A stretch of 64,000 nucleotides of DNA, taken from positions 24,800,001-24,864,000 of the forward strand of contig NC_043001.1 in assembly GCF_006345805.1 (NCBI RefSeq). The letters run 5' to 3'. Origin of the DNA: Octopus sinensis. Its lineage: Eukaryota. Under the pieces are notes generated by a model that saw nothing but the letters and a program-made list of their open reading frames with translations, had not been told where the DNA came from and did no database searches. The translations under genes were made by a program, and so were the position numbers. This document shows, piece by piece, positions 62,852 to 64,000 of the stretch. Each line of letters begins with the position of its first letter. Positions within the stretch are counted from its first letter, which is position 1.

Positions 62852-63419
62852 CAGCATAGTACATAGGGCTCTAGTTCATCTATTACATATGAAGTTTAAG
62901 TGATATATGCTCTGTTTGTGATTCCACTACACTTTTTGTGTAGCATAACATATTGAGTATATACTTGCTCCTTTTCTGCCTATTGAGCAAGGCCATTTCC
63001 CTGTATGTACCAGAGTCCTATCTTCTTTCCTACTCAATAAAACATTTGTTTTTGCCTTGTTTACCTTAACACCTCTCAATTCTATCCTCACACTAAATTC
63101 GTCACTGAAATTGTTTTTGAATATTTGTACATAGCTTGTACAGTCCTCACAAGCTGTTCATCTACATCTAATTTCCTGAAGGTCAGATAATATTTACTTC
63201 AAAACTACAGTTTTTTTTATTGTCAACCTGATAGCACACTTTTCTAAACTATGCATATACAGATGTAATGGTTGGAATATGATCTTTGAACATCTGAATA
63301 ACAAACATAATTTGATGTTTCAAATTATCTTGCTTGCTTTCAAATGACACAAAACTAAGATACTTAATATATGAAATATCGAGAGAAATTACAGCTTAAA
63401 CTTACTATCAACTTCTTAC

Positions 63420-63463
63420 TTTCTACTTCCATGGCCTTTAGCAGAATGACGTGGTTTAAAATA
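63420..63463 (-). CDS. Weak candidate exon on the minus strand (YFKPRHSAKGHGSR or ILNHVILLKAMEVE)
   Basis: Acceptor tattctatttcag and donor A|gtaaga; two frames open; unsupported otherwise. Confidence 0.2.
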
Positions 63464-64000
63464 CTGAAATAGAATATTTGGGGTTCATAAGTAGATTTAG
63501 AACCATCATTAGTCTATTGATGTAACAATGTTTCCTGCAACATGTTTATAAAAACTTCTTGGCATGCAAACAAATATACCTTGCTTCAGACTCCCTATTT
63601 ACTCTCATATTAAATGACAAACAAACATTTTGGCCTGGTTCCAATGTCGTCATCATCCTTATTTTTATTGTTGTTCAGCTTTAGAACAGTGATTTTTCTT
63701 TAGCTAAATATGAGCATCAGCATCTCAACATCCACTGCTACCACCACCACCACCACCACCACCACTACTACTACTACTGGTGGTGGTGGTTTGGGTTTGG
63801 GATGGTGGTGGTGGTTTTAATTTGTTTGTATATTGCTTTACAAACATCAATAAACAACAAAAATAATATTTTCTGACTTTAGCATAAGGTGATACATTTT
63901 GTAAAAAAGGGGATATAGTAAACTGAATTAACCCCCAGTAGTTTGCTGGTACTTAGTTTATTGAAGGTTAAGTCATCCCCAGCTGGATTTACTATAAGAT

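Overview
AT-rich eukaryotic, repeat-saturated 64 kb. The SINE, MITE and microsatellite families look like a coleoid cephalopod (Octopus-like) genome; this is inferred from repeat style, not verified. No intact protein-coding gene, rRNA, tRNA gene or CRISPR array can be supported. Nearly all ORFs in the supplied track are microsatellite or SINE read-through, or decayed transposon fragments. The window holds dozens of tRNA-headed SINEs (informal families A, B, C, E, F, G plus an RTE-tailed family M). It also holds remnants of R4/Dong-like, RTE, CR1/L2-like and Penelope-like retroelements, maT and mariner transposase remnants, Helitrons, and hAT- and piggyBac-like MITEs. A near-identical ~1017-bp tandem duplication and several long fold-back palindromes are present. 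A few isolated splice-site-bounded segments suggest the window may be intronic to an unidentified large gene. The most interesting signal is in non-coding RNA structure. A (TA)n-flanked repeat, present as two diverged versions, carries the conserved hammerhead ribozyme core elements in a non-canonical, pseudoknotted strand order with compensatory indels in two helices; stem II is ambiguous. The fold-back elements carry minimal hammerhead-like motifs with a U3-A8 core variant. All structural calls were made by eye and need covariance-model and cleavage tests.
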